Shown here in pieces: positions 45,501-54,883 of a stretch of DNA of 64,000 nucleotides (its first letter is position 1; every line of letters begins with the position of its first letter). This DNA is from Clostridia bacterium (GTDB taxonomy: Bacteria > Bacillota > Clostridia > Christensenellales > UBA1242): contig JAFUSR010000004.1 in the NCBI GenBank assembly GCA_017467585.1, positions 600,620-664,619 on the forward strand, read 5' to 3'. The notes under the pieces were generated by a model, which was not told the DNA's origin, did no database searches, and saw nothing but the letters and a program-made list of their open reading frames with translations. Both the position numbers and the translations under genes were made by a program.

Positions 45501-45588
45501 ACTTGCATTATATTTGATTGTTTTGTTTATAAAACTATTTGGAAGATTGTTATTTTGTCAAAATTTGACTTTGTTTAAAACTTTGCAC

Positions 45589-45618
45589 AAAAAAAGGTAG
45601 CAAATTAAGCTACCTTTT
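45589..45618. terminator. Intrinsic terminator after ftsZ
   Basis: AAAAGGTAGC/GCTACCTTTT. Confidence 0.8.
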
Positions 45619-45621
45619 ATT

Positions 45622-46887
45622 TTATCTAAACTTTTTGCGCAAAAATGGTGGCAAGTCACTGTCGTCGATTTCTATTCTTGAACTAGACAAGTTATCTTCT
45701 TGTTTTTCCTCAACTGGAGCAACGTCTGGCTCTTCTTTTTTTTGCTCTTCAATTTTTGCTGGTTCAGCAACTGGAGTCACAACATGTTGTTGTTCAACGT
45801 GTGGGATTGTTGAAGATGGCTGAGAAATGACTGTTGTTTTTCCACCAACAATATCTGAAAATTTAAATCTATCTTGTTTTGCTTCGCCAACTGCTGGTTT
45901 TGGAATGTTATCTGTTCTCTTCTCGTCGTCTTCGAATTTGCTTCCAGGGAAACCTGTTGCAACAATTGTTACAGAAACAGTGCCCTTATATTTTTCGTCG
46001 ATTGTTGCACCAAAAATTGTGTTAGCTTCTGGGTCGATAACCTCTTTAACAAGTTTAACGGCTTCGTTAACTTCGCCAAGAGTTAGGTCGTAGCCACCAG
46101 AAATGTTAATAATAACGGCTTGAGCACCTTCGATTGTTGTGTCGAGAAGCGGACTAGCAACAGCGCCACGAACGGCGTCGATATTTCTGTTTTCGCCCTT
46201 GCCAATGCCAATGCCCATGTGAGCAAGACCACGATTTTTCATAACCGTTCTAACATCGGCAAAATCGAGGTTGATAAGGCTTGGTGTTGCAATTAAGTCG
46301 GCAATTCCTTGAATGCCTTGACGAAGCACGTCATCGGCATATTTAAAGGCGTCTACAACGCCAGTTGTGCTAGGGACAACCTCTAGAAGTCGCTCATTAG
46401 GAATTACGACCAATGTGTCGACTGCACGACTCAAATTCTTTATTCCGAGTTCTGCATTTTGCATGCGGATTCTGCCCTCAAAAGCAAATGGTTTTGTAAC
46501 AACCGCAATTGTTAAAATTCCCATTTCTTTTGCAATTGATGCAATAACAGGAGCAGCACCTGTTCCTGTTCCTCCGCCCATGCCTGCTGTGATGAACACA
46601 AGGTCTGTTCCCTTAAGTTTTTCAGCAATTTGTGCTCGGCTCTCTTCTGCTGCCTTTCTGCCGACTTCTGGGTCGGCGCCGGCGCCAAGACCACGAGTTA
46701 ATTTTTCGCCAATTTGAATTTGAATTGGTGCGTTGTTCATGAGCAGTGCTTGTTTGTCGGTGTTAACGGCAACAAATTGTGCACTTTTGATGTTTTCTGC
46801 AATCATGCGGTTAACAGCGTTGCAGCCACCGCCGCCGACACCAATAACCAATATTTTACATACTGCATTTTGTTCGTTGATTTCCAT
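45622..46887 (-). CDS. ftsZ: Cell division protein FtsZ
   Basis: [27 protein letters not shown]-terminal DLPPFLR. Confidence 0.99.
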   Translation of the reverse strand: MEINEQNAVCKILVIGVGGGGCNAVNRMIAENIKSAQFVAVNTDKQALLMNNAPIQIQIGEKLTRGLGAGADPEVGRKAAEESRAQIAEKLKGTDLVFITAGMGGGTGTGAAPVIASIAKEMGILTIAVVTKPFAFEGRIRMQNAELGIKNLSRAVDTLVVIPNERLLEVVPSTTGVVDAFKYADDVLRQGIQGIADLIATPSLINLDFADVRTVMKNRGLAHMGIGIGKGENRNIDAVRGAVASPLLDTTIEGAQAVIINISGGYDLTLGEVNEAVKLVKEVIDPEANTIFGATIDEKYKGTVSVTIVATGFPGSKFEDDEKRTDNIPKPAVGEAKQDRFKFSDIVGGKTTVISQPSSTIPHVEQQHVVTPVAEPAKIEEQKKEEPDVAPVEEKQEDNLSSSRIEIDDSDLPPFLRKKFR

Positions 46888-46892
46888 TATGT

Positions 46893-48041
46893 TTACCACC
46901 TTGAAGAATAAATTAAGTTATAGTTGTTTTCACTTTGCGCAAGTGCTGCATCTAAGAGTGAAATTTCTGATGAATAGTCTGGGCGTGTGCTCTGAGCAAG
47001 ATTTGGAGAAACAATTTCAACTTTTCTTCCAAGCTTTCTTCCCAGAAAGTCCTTGATGCCCTTTATGTAGCTAATTCCACCACCAGTTAAATAAACCGGC
47101 AAGTAGTCTGGAAATTCATATTCACATCTATCTAAGCACTTTTGAATGTATGATGCAATGATTTCTATTCTTGCCTCAGCAATTTCGTTTGTTGTTTTTG
47201 CTGAATATGCCGAAATGAACTCTTTGCCCATTAAGTCATAGGTTTCGTTGTCGCCAGTTTGCCATCCTAGAACGATTTTTCTCTTTAGGGATTCTGCCTG
47301 GTTAAAGTCTATTTTTAAAACTTGAAACAAGTCGCCAGTTATGTGCCCACCGCCCATTGAAAAGCTGTTTAAAAACAGAAGTCCGTCGCCCTGGCTGAGC
47401 ATGACGTTTGTGGTTAAATATCCGCAGTCTACCAAAATGGCGTATCTGTCGCGGATATGTGGGTCTAACAGATAGTTGCTTTCAGCAAGAGTTGATGCAA
47501 TAAAGGAAACATGTCTTATTCCAATTTCGGCCATAATTTGAGAAATAAAGTCAAGAAAATTGTTTTCGGCCATCATGTAACAAATTTTTGCAGACAAGTG
47601 ACTCGTTACCTTTCCTACGGGGTCGATAAGTCGTTTTCCATCGTCTAGGGTGCAATAGATGACACTGTTGTTGATTATTGAATATGTTGGGTGCTTCTTT
47701 GCACCTTTGTGCATAAGCGCCAAAAGGTCTACTTGTTTGATTTTTTTCTTCTTGCCAAAGTTAACGGTTAACTCTTCAGAGTAAGTGCTGCAAAATTCGC
47801 CAGGAACACCAACAAAAACATCAGTTACTTTTGTGTTAGATGTTTGTTCTGCGTTAGATATGCTCATTGCAATTACATTTTTTAAATCAGATGGTGAAAA
47901 GAATTTTCCGTTTGAAAATCCATCATAGCTAACATTGCCCTTTCCTGCAATTTTGAAAGAGCCATTAACTCCGCGTTCACCAATGAGTGTAACAATTGCC
48001 GATGAACCAATGTCTATAACTGTTGTTTGTTTTTTAAGCAT
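46893..48041 (-). CDS. ftsA: Divergent FtsA-like actin-family protein
   Basis: IDIGSS phosphate-1 loop, [17 protein letters not shown]; directly upstream of ftsZ. Confidence 0.85.
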   Translation of the reverse strand: MLKKQTTVIDIGSSAIVTLIGERGVNGSFKIAGKGNVSYDGFSNGKFFSPSDLKNVIAMSISNAEQTSNTKVTDVFVGVPGEFCSTYSEELTVNFGKKKKIKQVDLLALMHKGAKKHPTYSIINNSVIYCTLDDGKRLIDPVGKVTSHLSAKICYMMAENNFLDFISQIMAEIGIRHVSFIASTLAESNYLLDPHIRDRYAILVDCGYLTTNVMLSQGDGLLFLNSFSMGGGHITGDLFQVLKIDFNQAESLKRKIVLGWQTGDNETYDLMGKEFISAYSAKTTNEIAEARIEIIASYIQKCLDRCEYEFPDYLPVYLTGGGISYIKGIKDFLGRKLGRKVEIVSPNLAQSTRPDYSSEISLLDAALAQSENNYNLIYSSRW

Positions 48042-48105
48042 TTGTGCCCTCTTTTTGTGTCGCCAATCTTCTTGGAGACTTTCAGTCGTTTTACTTTATA
48101 AATAA

Positions 48106-48135
48106 AGTATAATCTTATTTTTGATGTGTTGTCAA
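48106..48135 (-). promoter_or_regulatory. Sigma-A promoter of ftsA-ftsZ
   Basis: TTGACA-N18-TATACT. Confidence 0.65.
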
Positions 48136-48168
48136 ACAAAATATAGGCTGCTTTTGCCCTTTTTAAGC

Positions 48169-48196
48169 AAAAAACAGGCTTTTTAGCCTGTTTTTA
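48169..48196. terminator. Intrinsic terminator after ftsQ
   Basis: AAAAAACAGGCT-TTTT-AGCCTGTTTTTT. Confidence 0.8.
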
Positions 48197-49060
48197 AAGC
48201 ACATGTAATTCAATTTCTCCTGTTGAATTGGTGTAAACTTCGATGTCTGTGTCTGATGTATATTCATCTTTAATTCCAGTTGATTGGTCGAGATAAGCGT
48301 TCCACAAGAAAGACAACTTTTCAAAAGTATGCTCATTAAGGCGCCAAACATCAGCGGTTATTGTGTAACCATTTGATGTTGCAAGTTTTATTTTTGCTCT
48401 TTGGTCATATTCGCCAGCTGTGTAATATTCAATTGAAATGCAGTCTTTCAAAATGTCTTCATAAAGCGCATTGCGAGAACCGCCGTTTGCAACATGAGCG
48501 CTATATGCTGCACTGACAAATGTTTGAACTTTTGACTTCAGTTCTGAGTCGCTTAAAAAGTCGCCCGTTTGAACCTTGTAAGCATCGTCGTAGTTGTTAA
48601 TTATTGGCAAGTCATATTCAGTTTGATCTTCCAAAACATAGTCTAAAATTTTTAGCTCGTTGTCTACAACAAAATAGCCATTTGTGCTGCCCTGTTCTTT
48701 GATGAGGGCAACTGGCTCACGTTCGCTATAATAAACTGTTATTCTGTTAGGAAAATTGCGCACAATTTTTTCTATTTTAACATATGGGTTTTTCTTTTCA
48801 ATGTTTTCTATGTTTTTGCCAAAACTCATAAAGAGCAAATTTCCACCCTTGTTAAAGTTTGCATCATTTTTCATTTGAGATTCGAGTGTTGCAGTTGAAA
48901 TTGTTCCGTGATTAAACAGCCTACTTCTTGAAGAACTGAGATATGTTGTGGTTAGTTGAAAGTCTATTGTGTGCAAAGTAAAAACCATGGTGACAACGAG
49001 CACTAGCGCCACCAGCACACCAAGAGCAATACTAATTCCTACAATATTTTTCTTCTTCAT
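48194..49060 (-). CDS. ftsQ: FtsQ/DivIB-like bitopic protein
   Basis: Basic N-terminus, single TM, POTRA-like NPYVKIEKIVRNFPNRITV..SEREP; dcw position. Confidence 0.75.
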   Translation of the reverse strand: MKKKNIVGISIALGVLVALVLVVTMVFTLHTIDFQLTTTYLSSSRSRLFNHGTISTATLESQMKNDANFNKGGNLLFMSFGKNIENIEKKNPYVKIEKIVRNFPNRITVYYSEREPVALIKEQGSTNGYFVVDNELKILDYVLEDQTEYDLPIINNYDDAYKVQTGDFLSDSELKSKVQTFVSAAYSAHVANGGSRNALYEDILKDCISIEYYTAGEYDQRAKIKLATSNGYTITADVWRLNEHTFEKLSFLWNAYLDQSTGIKDEYTSDTDIEVYTNSTGEIELHVL

Positions 49061-50315
49061 TCTGTATCCTGTGTATTTTTGCTCCAATTGAAGCTAACTT
49101 TTGTTCAAAATTTTCATATCCTCGGTCGATATACTCAACATTTTCAACGATTGTTTTTCCTTTTGCCGCAAGCCCGGCAAGAACCAGTGCTGCACCACCG
49201 CGAAGGTCGTGAGCCTGAACTGTTGCTCCAACCAGGCAACCTTTTTTGCCAAAAATTGTTGCTTGATTTTGGTCAACCGTTATGTTTGCGCCCATCTTCG
49301 CAAGTTCAGTTGCGTGGCCAAGGCGATTTTCAAACATGGTTTCAACAATTGTGTGTGTTCCACTAATGTTGCAAAGCAGCACCATGGTTTGTGACTGCAA
49401 GTCTGTTGGAAAATTTGGATATGGTTCGGTTTTAATGTTTGCACATTTTTGAGCGCACTCCACCGAACTAACATATATATTATCACCATTTAACCATATT
49501 TTGCAACCGAAACCACACAAAAAATCAACAAGCCACTTATTGTGGTCAATTTTTGCATTTTTAATTTCTAGTTCTCCACCGCAGAGCGCAACCGCAAGCA
49601 TATATGTTCCAGCAATTATTCTGTCTCCTATCGGAAGGTAGTCTGCTGCATGAAGCTCGCACACCCCCACAATTGTTATTGTGTCGGTTCCCTCGCCAGA
49701 AATCTTTGCTCCGCACTTATTCAAAAACCTGCACAAATCAACAACTTCTGGCTCTTTGGCAACACCATGAAGAATTGTTGTTCTTTCACTTTGCAGTGTG
49801 GCACACATGATGAGATTTTCAGTTGCACCAACGCTCGGCATTTTTAGCCACACTTCGCCACCTTTAAAACTTTGGCAATTGCAGCTGACGGTCTGCTTGC
49901 TTTCTGCAACATTGACCCCAAGCGTTTGAAAGCCAGCAAGGTGAATGTCAATTGGTCTTTTGCCTATGTTGCAACCACCTGGGGCACACATCTCGCAACG
50001 ACCCAGCCTAGAAATTAACGGCCCAAGCAAAAAGACAGATGCACGAATCTTTTTTGTTAAATTTTCGTCTAACCGAAAATTTTCAATTTTTGAGCAATCA
50101 ATCTCTAAGTTATTCTCTTTTTTTTCAACCACCGCACCAAGTTTTTTTAAAATTTCAGACATGTTTTTTATGTCGCTAAATTCTGGCACATTTAAAATGG
50201 TAACCTTTTCTTTTATCATAACACATGCTGCCATGATTGGCAAAATTGCATTTTTTGAACTTTCAACCTCAACACTTCCAAAGAGTTTTGAGCCACCACT
50301 TATTTCAAATTTCAT
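49032..50315 (-). CDS. murA: UDP-N-acetylglucosamine 1-carboxyvinyltransferase
   Basis: KNAILPI, RASVFLLGPL, PGGCNIGKRPIDIH, PNFPTDLQ, DLRGGAAL. Confidence 0.97.
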   Translation of the reverse strand: MKFEISGGSKLFGSVEVESSKNAILPIMAACVMIKEKVTILNVPEFSDIKNMSEILKKLGAVVEKKENNLEIDCSKIENFRLDENLTKKIRASVFLLGPLISRLGRCEMCAPGGCNIGKRPIDIHLAGFQTLGVNVAESKQTVSCNCQSFKGGEVWLKMPSVGATENLIMCATLQSERTTILHGVAKEPEVVDLCRFLNKCGAKISGEGTDTITIVGVCELHAADYLPIGDRIIAGTYMLAVALCGGELEIKNAKIDHNKWLVDFLCGFGCKIWLNGDNIYVSSVECAQKCANIKTEPYPNFPTDLQSQTMVLLCNISGTHTIVETMFENRLGHATELAKMGANITVDQNQATIFGKKGCLVGATVQAHDLRGGAALVLAGLAAKGKTIVENVEYIDRGYENFEQKLASIGAKIHRIQNEEEKYCRN

Positions 50316-50337
50316 GAAAACCTCACTTAGATGATTT

Positions 50338-50366
50338 ATTATATGAAGCTTTCAAAAAAAATTTGC
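50338..50366 (-). promoter_or_regulatory. Sigma-E-type promoter candidate for murA-ftsQ
   Basis: GCAAATT-N14-CATATAAT. Confidence 0.5.
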
Positions 50367-50381
50367 TTACAATAAAATCTT

Positions 50382-50410
50382 AACAAATTGTGTGGCTACG
50401 TCATAAATTA
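50382..50410 (+). promoter_or_regulatory. Sigma-K-type promoter candidate
   Basis: AACA-N16-CATAAATTA. Confidence 0.5.
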
Positions 50411-50456
50411 ATAATTGGGGAAACACTTCCCCAAATTTACAATAAAGGAGAAAAAT

Positions 50457-51299
50457 ATGGCAACTACCGTATCAAATCAAGCAAGTGTAACATTTGGTTA
50501 TGAAGGGGCAACCGGAACAGTAACAAACGACTCTAATGTTGTGTCTGCAGTCATTAACGATGAATATAGCTTTAATTTGGAACTAACTAGCAGTTCAACA
50601 AGTTATCGCCCTGGCGAAACAATTACTTATTTTGTTAAAATCACCAACACTGGCTCTGCACCACTAACAAACATTGTTGTTAGCGACGACATGGCTGGCG
50701 GAGTGATTAATTATATTGCTGGCACAGCACAGATGATTTATAACGACATGATTACCCCTCTTTCTTCGTCTAGCGACAACCCTCTTGTTTTAAACCTTCC
50801 TATTTCGCTTCCTGCCGGAGATGGCGTTATTGTTACATATAACACCACAGTTGATAACTTTTTAACGACAAGAGTTACAGAAATCATTAACACTGTTACA
50901 GTAACAGCATCGGCTGGCACTGGCACAATTGCAAAATCTGCTAGCTTAACCCTGACCATAGAAGATTTTGCTGATGTTTTGATTGAGAAATCTCAAAGCA
51001 CAGACAACGTTAATAACAACGGAACAATGATCTATACGCTAACTCTCACCAACCGTGGCAACTTAGACGCAGAAAATGTTGTAATTTCTGACCAACTTCC
51101 AACGCAATTTACAATTTCTAGCATTGTTTCAAACAACGACGGAACAACTCACAGCTATTTGCCAAGCGAATATACACTCTCTGGCACAAACGAGTTAACT
51201 CTTCCGAGCGACACAGGAACTCCAATTGTTGTTCCTGCAGACTCTGGAACTGGCGATAACATAACCACGATAACCATAACCGGAACACTTGCAAACTAA
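50457..51299 (+). CDS. Thr/Ser-rich protein with two DUF11-like Ig-type repeats and no signal peptide
   Basis: PGETITYFVKITNTG...NIVVSD and MIYTLTLTNRG...NVVISDQLP; AAGGAG RBS. Confidence 0.8.
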   Translation: MATTVSNQASVTFGYEGATGTVTNDSNVVSAVINDEYSFNLELTSSSTSYRPGETITYFVKITNTGSAPLTNIVVSDDMAGGVINYIAGTAQMIYNDMITPLSSSSDNPLVLNLPISLPAGDGVIVTYNTTVDNFLTTRVTEIINTVTVTASAGTGTIAKSASLTLTIEDFADVLIEKSQSTDNVNNNGTMIYTLTLTNRGNLDAENVVISDQLPTQFTISSIVSNNDGTTHSYLPSEYTLSGTNELTLPSDTGTPIVVPADSGTGDNITTITITGTLAN

Positions 51300-51310
51300 C
51301 AAAAGAAAAC

Positions 51311-51339
51311 AAAAAAACAGCGGATTTTCCGCTGTTTTT
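51311..51339. terminator. Bidirectional terminator between the DUF11 gene and ftsW/spoVE
   Basis: AAAAACAGCGG-ATTTT-CCGCTGTTTTT. Confidence 0.8.
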
Positions 51340-51342
51340 GTT

Positions 51343-51365
51343 TGTTATGTCTGTCATAACACCCC
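51343..51365. repeat. Dispersed palindrome copy
   Basis: TGTTATG-TCTGT-CATAACACCCC. Confidence 0.9.
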
Positions 51366-51405
51366 ACAAAATCTGGCTAAAACCAACAAAACTTTATTTG
51401 CTTGG

Positions 51406-52551
51406 CTAGGTTGCCATGCCTATTATGTTTTGATTAAATTTTATGCTCTCTCTGCGAATGTTTTGAAGCACGCCCACTGCACTCATGAAAACCACAAGCG
51501 AAGTTGAGCCTGCACTGATAAACGGCAGTGGCAGTCCTGTTGGCGGAATGCTTCCGGTGACAACTGCAACATTCATTAAAACTTGAATTGCAATAATTGC
51601 TGTTATTCCTGTTGCGAGATAACAGCCAAACCTGTCTTTGGCCTCCCTTGCAATTTTTAGTCCGCGGTAGATGACAACTAAATAAACGAGCAGCAACAAC
51701 ACACAACCAACAAACCCGCACTCTTCTGCAAAAATTGAAAAGATAAAGTCGCTTTCGGCAAACGGCAAAAACAGATATTTTTGTCTGCTGTTAAAAAGTC
51801 CAACACCAAACCAACCCCCACTGCCAACGGCATAGAGACTTTGAACAAGTTGAAAGCCCTCTGACTGAGCGCTCTGCCACGGATTGATAAAAGCCATAAG
51901 TCTGCGCATGCGATATGGCGCAACGAGCACCAGCACCACCGCAGCCGCAATCATTGGAACAATTATTATTAAAAAGTGTTTGAGCCTTGCCCCACCAACC
52001 ACAAGCATTACCATCATTGTTAGCGCCATGCAAATTGTTATGCTCATGTTTGGCTCTAAAATGATTAACAAACACATTATTCCGCCAGCCAACAAAACTG
52101 GCAAAATTCCAACAAATGACTTAACCTTTTCATAATTTTTGGCAAGGTAGCCCGCAGAAAAAATTACAAAACCAAACTTGGCTATTTCTGATGGTTGAAT
52201 TGTGATGAATCCCAAATTTATCCATCTTGTTGCGCCATAGTTGGTTACACCAATTTTAGGCAAAAACACAAGGCCAAGCAAAACCGCGCTTACACCAAGC
52301 GCGACATAACGGATTTTCTTTAAGTGGTCATATTTAACAAAGCTCATAACCAGCAATCCAACAAGACCGACGGCAGCTCCAACAACCTGCTTTTTTGCAA
52401 AAAACATCTTGCTTCCGTAGGTTATTTCTGCCGAATAAAAACTGGCAGAATAAACAAGCACAATTCCAACCGCAACAAGAAGAATTGTTGCAAAAAACAA
52501 AACATAATCGAACCTAGGTTTTTTCGTGACTATTGTGGAAGTTATTTTCAT
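51406..52551 (-). CDS. spoVE: SEDS peptidoglycan polymerase FtsW/SpoVE
   Basis: GATRWI, IQPSEIAK, GFQLVQS..AVGSGG..G.G, PFAESDFIF, GLPLPFISAG. Confidence 0.9.
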   Translation of the reverse strand: MKITSTIVTKKPRFDYVLFFATILLVAVGIVLVYSASFYSAEITYGSKMFFAKKQVVGAAVGLVGLLVMSFVKYDHLKKIRYVALGVSAVLLGLVFLPKIGVTNYGATRWINLGFITIQPSEIAKFGFVIFSAGYLAKNYEKVKSFVGILPVLLAGGIMCLLIILEPNMSITICMALTMMVMLVVGGARLKHFLIIIVPMIAAAVVLVLVAPYRMRRLMAFINPWQSAQSEGFQLVQSLYAVGSGGWFGVGLFNSRQKYLFLPFAESDFIFSIFAEECGFVGCVLLLLVYLVVIYRGLKIAREAKDRFGCYLATGITAIIAIQVLMNVAVVTGSIPPTGLPLPFISAGSTSLVVFMSAVGVLQNIRRESIKFNQNIIGMAT

Positions 52552-53851
52552 TTCGCTTTAATTCCCTCACGATTCCACAAAAGCACTTGCCCCTCTCTTC
52601 ATAGCCAGAAAACATGTCAAAACTTGCACAGGCCGGGGAAAGCAAAACAACGTCGCCCGAAGACGCATGTCTGATTGAGCTTATGATGGCCTCTTTTAAT
52701 GTGTCTGCACAGCAATAATTTGTTATGCCGTGTTTTGTTGCACAAGATGCAAGAAGTTTTTTTGTTTCCCCAATAAACACATAAAATTTGACATAAGAAT
52801 TTTTAATCTTAAAAATGTCGTCAAACTTAAGACCCTTGTCACTGCCACCCAAAATCAAAATTGTTGGTCTGGTCATGCTTTTTATGGCGCAAACAGCTGA
52901 AGCAGGATTTGTTGCTTTGCTGTCGTTGATAAAAGTTATGCCACCAAAAGTCGACACGGTTTGCAGTCTGTGAGCAACAGGTTTGAAACTGGAGAGTTTT
53001 TCCCTGATGACTTCTGGCTTTCGTCCCGCCAACATGGCGCAACAAACAGCGCAAACCGCGTTGGACAAATTGTGTTCTCCAACAAGTTTTACATCAGAAA
53101 CGCTCGCCACGCGTTTAGCCTTTAAATAGCCCGGCACACACTTTGTGGTATCTCTAAAATATATGCCGTCGCCACGAACAAAACAACCATTGACCTGCTT
53201 TTTTGTTGAAAAATAATAAACCTTGCTGGTTGGCAGTTTTATCTTTGAAACAACTTTGTCATCGGCGTTTAAAACGGCAAAGTCTGATTGTGTTTGGTTT
53301 TTAAATATTTTGAGTTTGCTATTTAAATAATTCTGTGTTGTTTTGTGATAGTTTAAGTGGTCTGGCGCAAAGTTTAAAAATGCCGCAATGTTTGGCCTAA
53401 AACTGGTGGTTTCAGCAAGTTGAAAGCTGCTGACCTCAGCAACCGTAATGCTATCATTATTTGTCCTGTCTGCAAAACTAGAAATTGGTGTTCCGATGTT
53501 TCCACCAACAAAAGTGTTGTTACCCTCTAACAGTTTTCCTATTAAGCTTGTGGTTGTGGTCTTTCCGTTTGTTCCGGTGACTGCAACAAGTTTTCCTGAA
53601 AGATGAGCGCAGCCAAGTTCAAGTTCGCCAACAACATTAATGCCAAGTTCTTTTGCCCTTTTCACAATTGGGCTATCTGGCTTCACCCCAGGGCTGACCA
53701 CCACAAAAGACAGACCACAAAGCAGTCTGTCTATGTCTGAGTTATTTATTTTTCTGTCGTCTTCGACTATTGAAATTGTGTAACCCAATTTTTTTAGCAG
53801 TTTGCAAGCGCTCTTTCCTGAGATTCCAAAACCAATAATCAAAACTTTCAT
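52514..53851 (-). CDS. murD: UDP-MurNAc-L-Ala:D-Glu ligase
   Basis: TGTNGKTTT, EVSSFQL, NDSKATN, LSPACASFDMF. Confidence 0.97.
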   Translation of the reverse strand: MKVLIIGFGISGKSACKLLKKLGYTISIVEDDRKINNSDIDRLLCGLSFVVVSPGVKPDSPIVKRAKELGINVVGELELGCAHLSGKLVAVTGTNGKTTTTSLIGKLLEGNNTFVGGNIGTPISSFADRTNNDSITVAEVSSFQLAETTSFRPNIAAFLNFAPDHLNYHKTTQNYLNSKLKIFKNQTQSDFAVLNADDKVVSKIKLPTSKVYYFSTKKQVNGCFVRGDGIYFRDTTKCVPGYLKAKRVASVSDVKLVGEHNLSNAVCAVCCAMLAGRKPEVIREKLSSFKPVAHRLQTVSTFGGITFINDSKATNPASAVCAIKSMTRPTILILGGSDKGLKFDDIFKIKNSYVKFYVFIGETKKLLASCATKHGITNYCCADTLKEAIISSIRHASSGDVVLLSPACASFDMFSGYEERGKCFCGIVRELKRNENNFHNSHEKT

Positions 53852-53860
53852 TGCCGCCCC

Positions 53861-54871
53861 CTAAACAAGTTCAATGAGCGCAACCATTGCCCCAACAACA
53901 AGGGTTATTGTGGCATACATTACTGAGATTCTAACCTCGTGCATTCCTTTTTTCTCGAAATGATGATGCAGTGGCGCCATTAAAAATATTCTTTTTTTTG
54001 TTAGTTTATAATATGACACCTGAAGAATTACTGACACACTGGAAGCGACGAACATAATTCCCAGAAATGGAAGATATAGTGTTGTTTTTGTTGTGATGAC
54101 CATGGCCGCAAACATTCCGCCAAGTGCAAGTGAGCCTGTGTCGCCCATGAATATTTTTGCAGGAAAACTATTAAAGAGCAAGTAACAAAGTAGCGCACCA
54201 AGACTCGCAAAAACAACAACATTCACCGAGTTGATTTGCTGCAAATAAATTGTGGACTGACCTTCAAACGTCCTTCCAAACAAAATGAGCAACAGCGCAA
54301 AAAAACTGAGCAAAAATGACAAACTTGTTCCTGTTGCAAGGCCATCGAGGCCGTCGGTTAAATTGACGCTGTTTGTCGTTGCAATAATCACAAACACATT
54401 AAGCGGAATAATCCACCAACCGATGTCTATCACCCTTCCAGAAAACGGCAAAATTATTGCGCTTCCAATCAAACTGCTTTTAAAAGCAAAAACACTGAGA
54501 ATTATTGAAAATGTAAGCTGAAAAATTATCTTTTGATATGGTCGAAGCCCCATGTTTTGCTTGAATTTAAACTTTAAAAAATCATCCAAAAACCCAACAA
54601 GCCCAAAGGCAAACAGAGACATGAGCGAAACAAGACCAAGCGTCATGTTTTGTTTGTCAAAAAATATCAAACTGGTGAGCAAGATTGCTATGATAAAAAT
54701 TATGCCACCCATGGTTGGAGTTCCACTCTTTTGCTTGTGGCTTTCAACATAATGCAAAATTACTTGCTTTACCTTTTCTTTTTTTATTATAGAAATGATA
54801 ATTGGACTAAGAATTAAACTCACAAAAAATCCAACCAGTAACACAAGCAGCAACTTTGCATATTGTTCCAT
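53861..54871 (-). CDS. mraY: Phospho-MurNAc-pentapeptide transferase
   Basis: KSGTPTMGG, NLTDGLDGLA, FMGDTGSL, MAPLHHHFE. Confidence 0.98.
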   Translation of the reverse strand: MEQYAKLLLVLLVGFFVSLILSPIIISIIKKEKVKQVILHYVESHKQKSGTPTMGGIIFIIAILLTSLIFFDKQNMTLGLVSLMSLFAFGLVGFLDDFLKFKFKQNMGLRPYQKIIFQLTFSIILSVFAFKSSLIGSAIILPFSGRVIDIGWWIIPLNVFVIIATTNSVNLTDGLDGLATGTSLSFLLSFFALLLILFGRTFEGQSTIYLQQINSVNVVVFASLGALLCYLLFNSFPAKIFMGDTGSLALGGMFAAMVITTKTTLYLPFLGIMFVASSVSVILQVSYYKLTKKRIFLMAPLHHHFEKKGMHEVRISVMYATITLVVGAMVALIELV

Positions 54872-54883
54872 AAGTTTCCCCCT

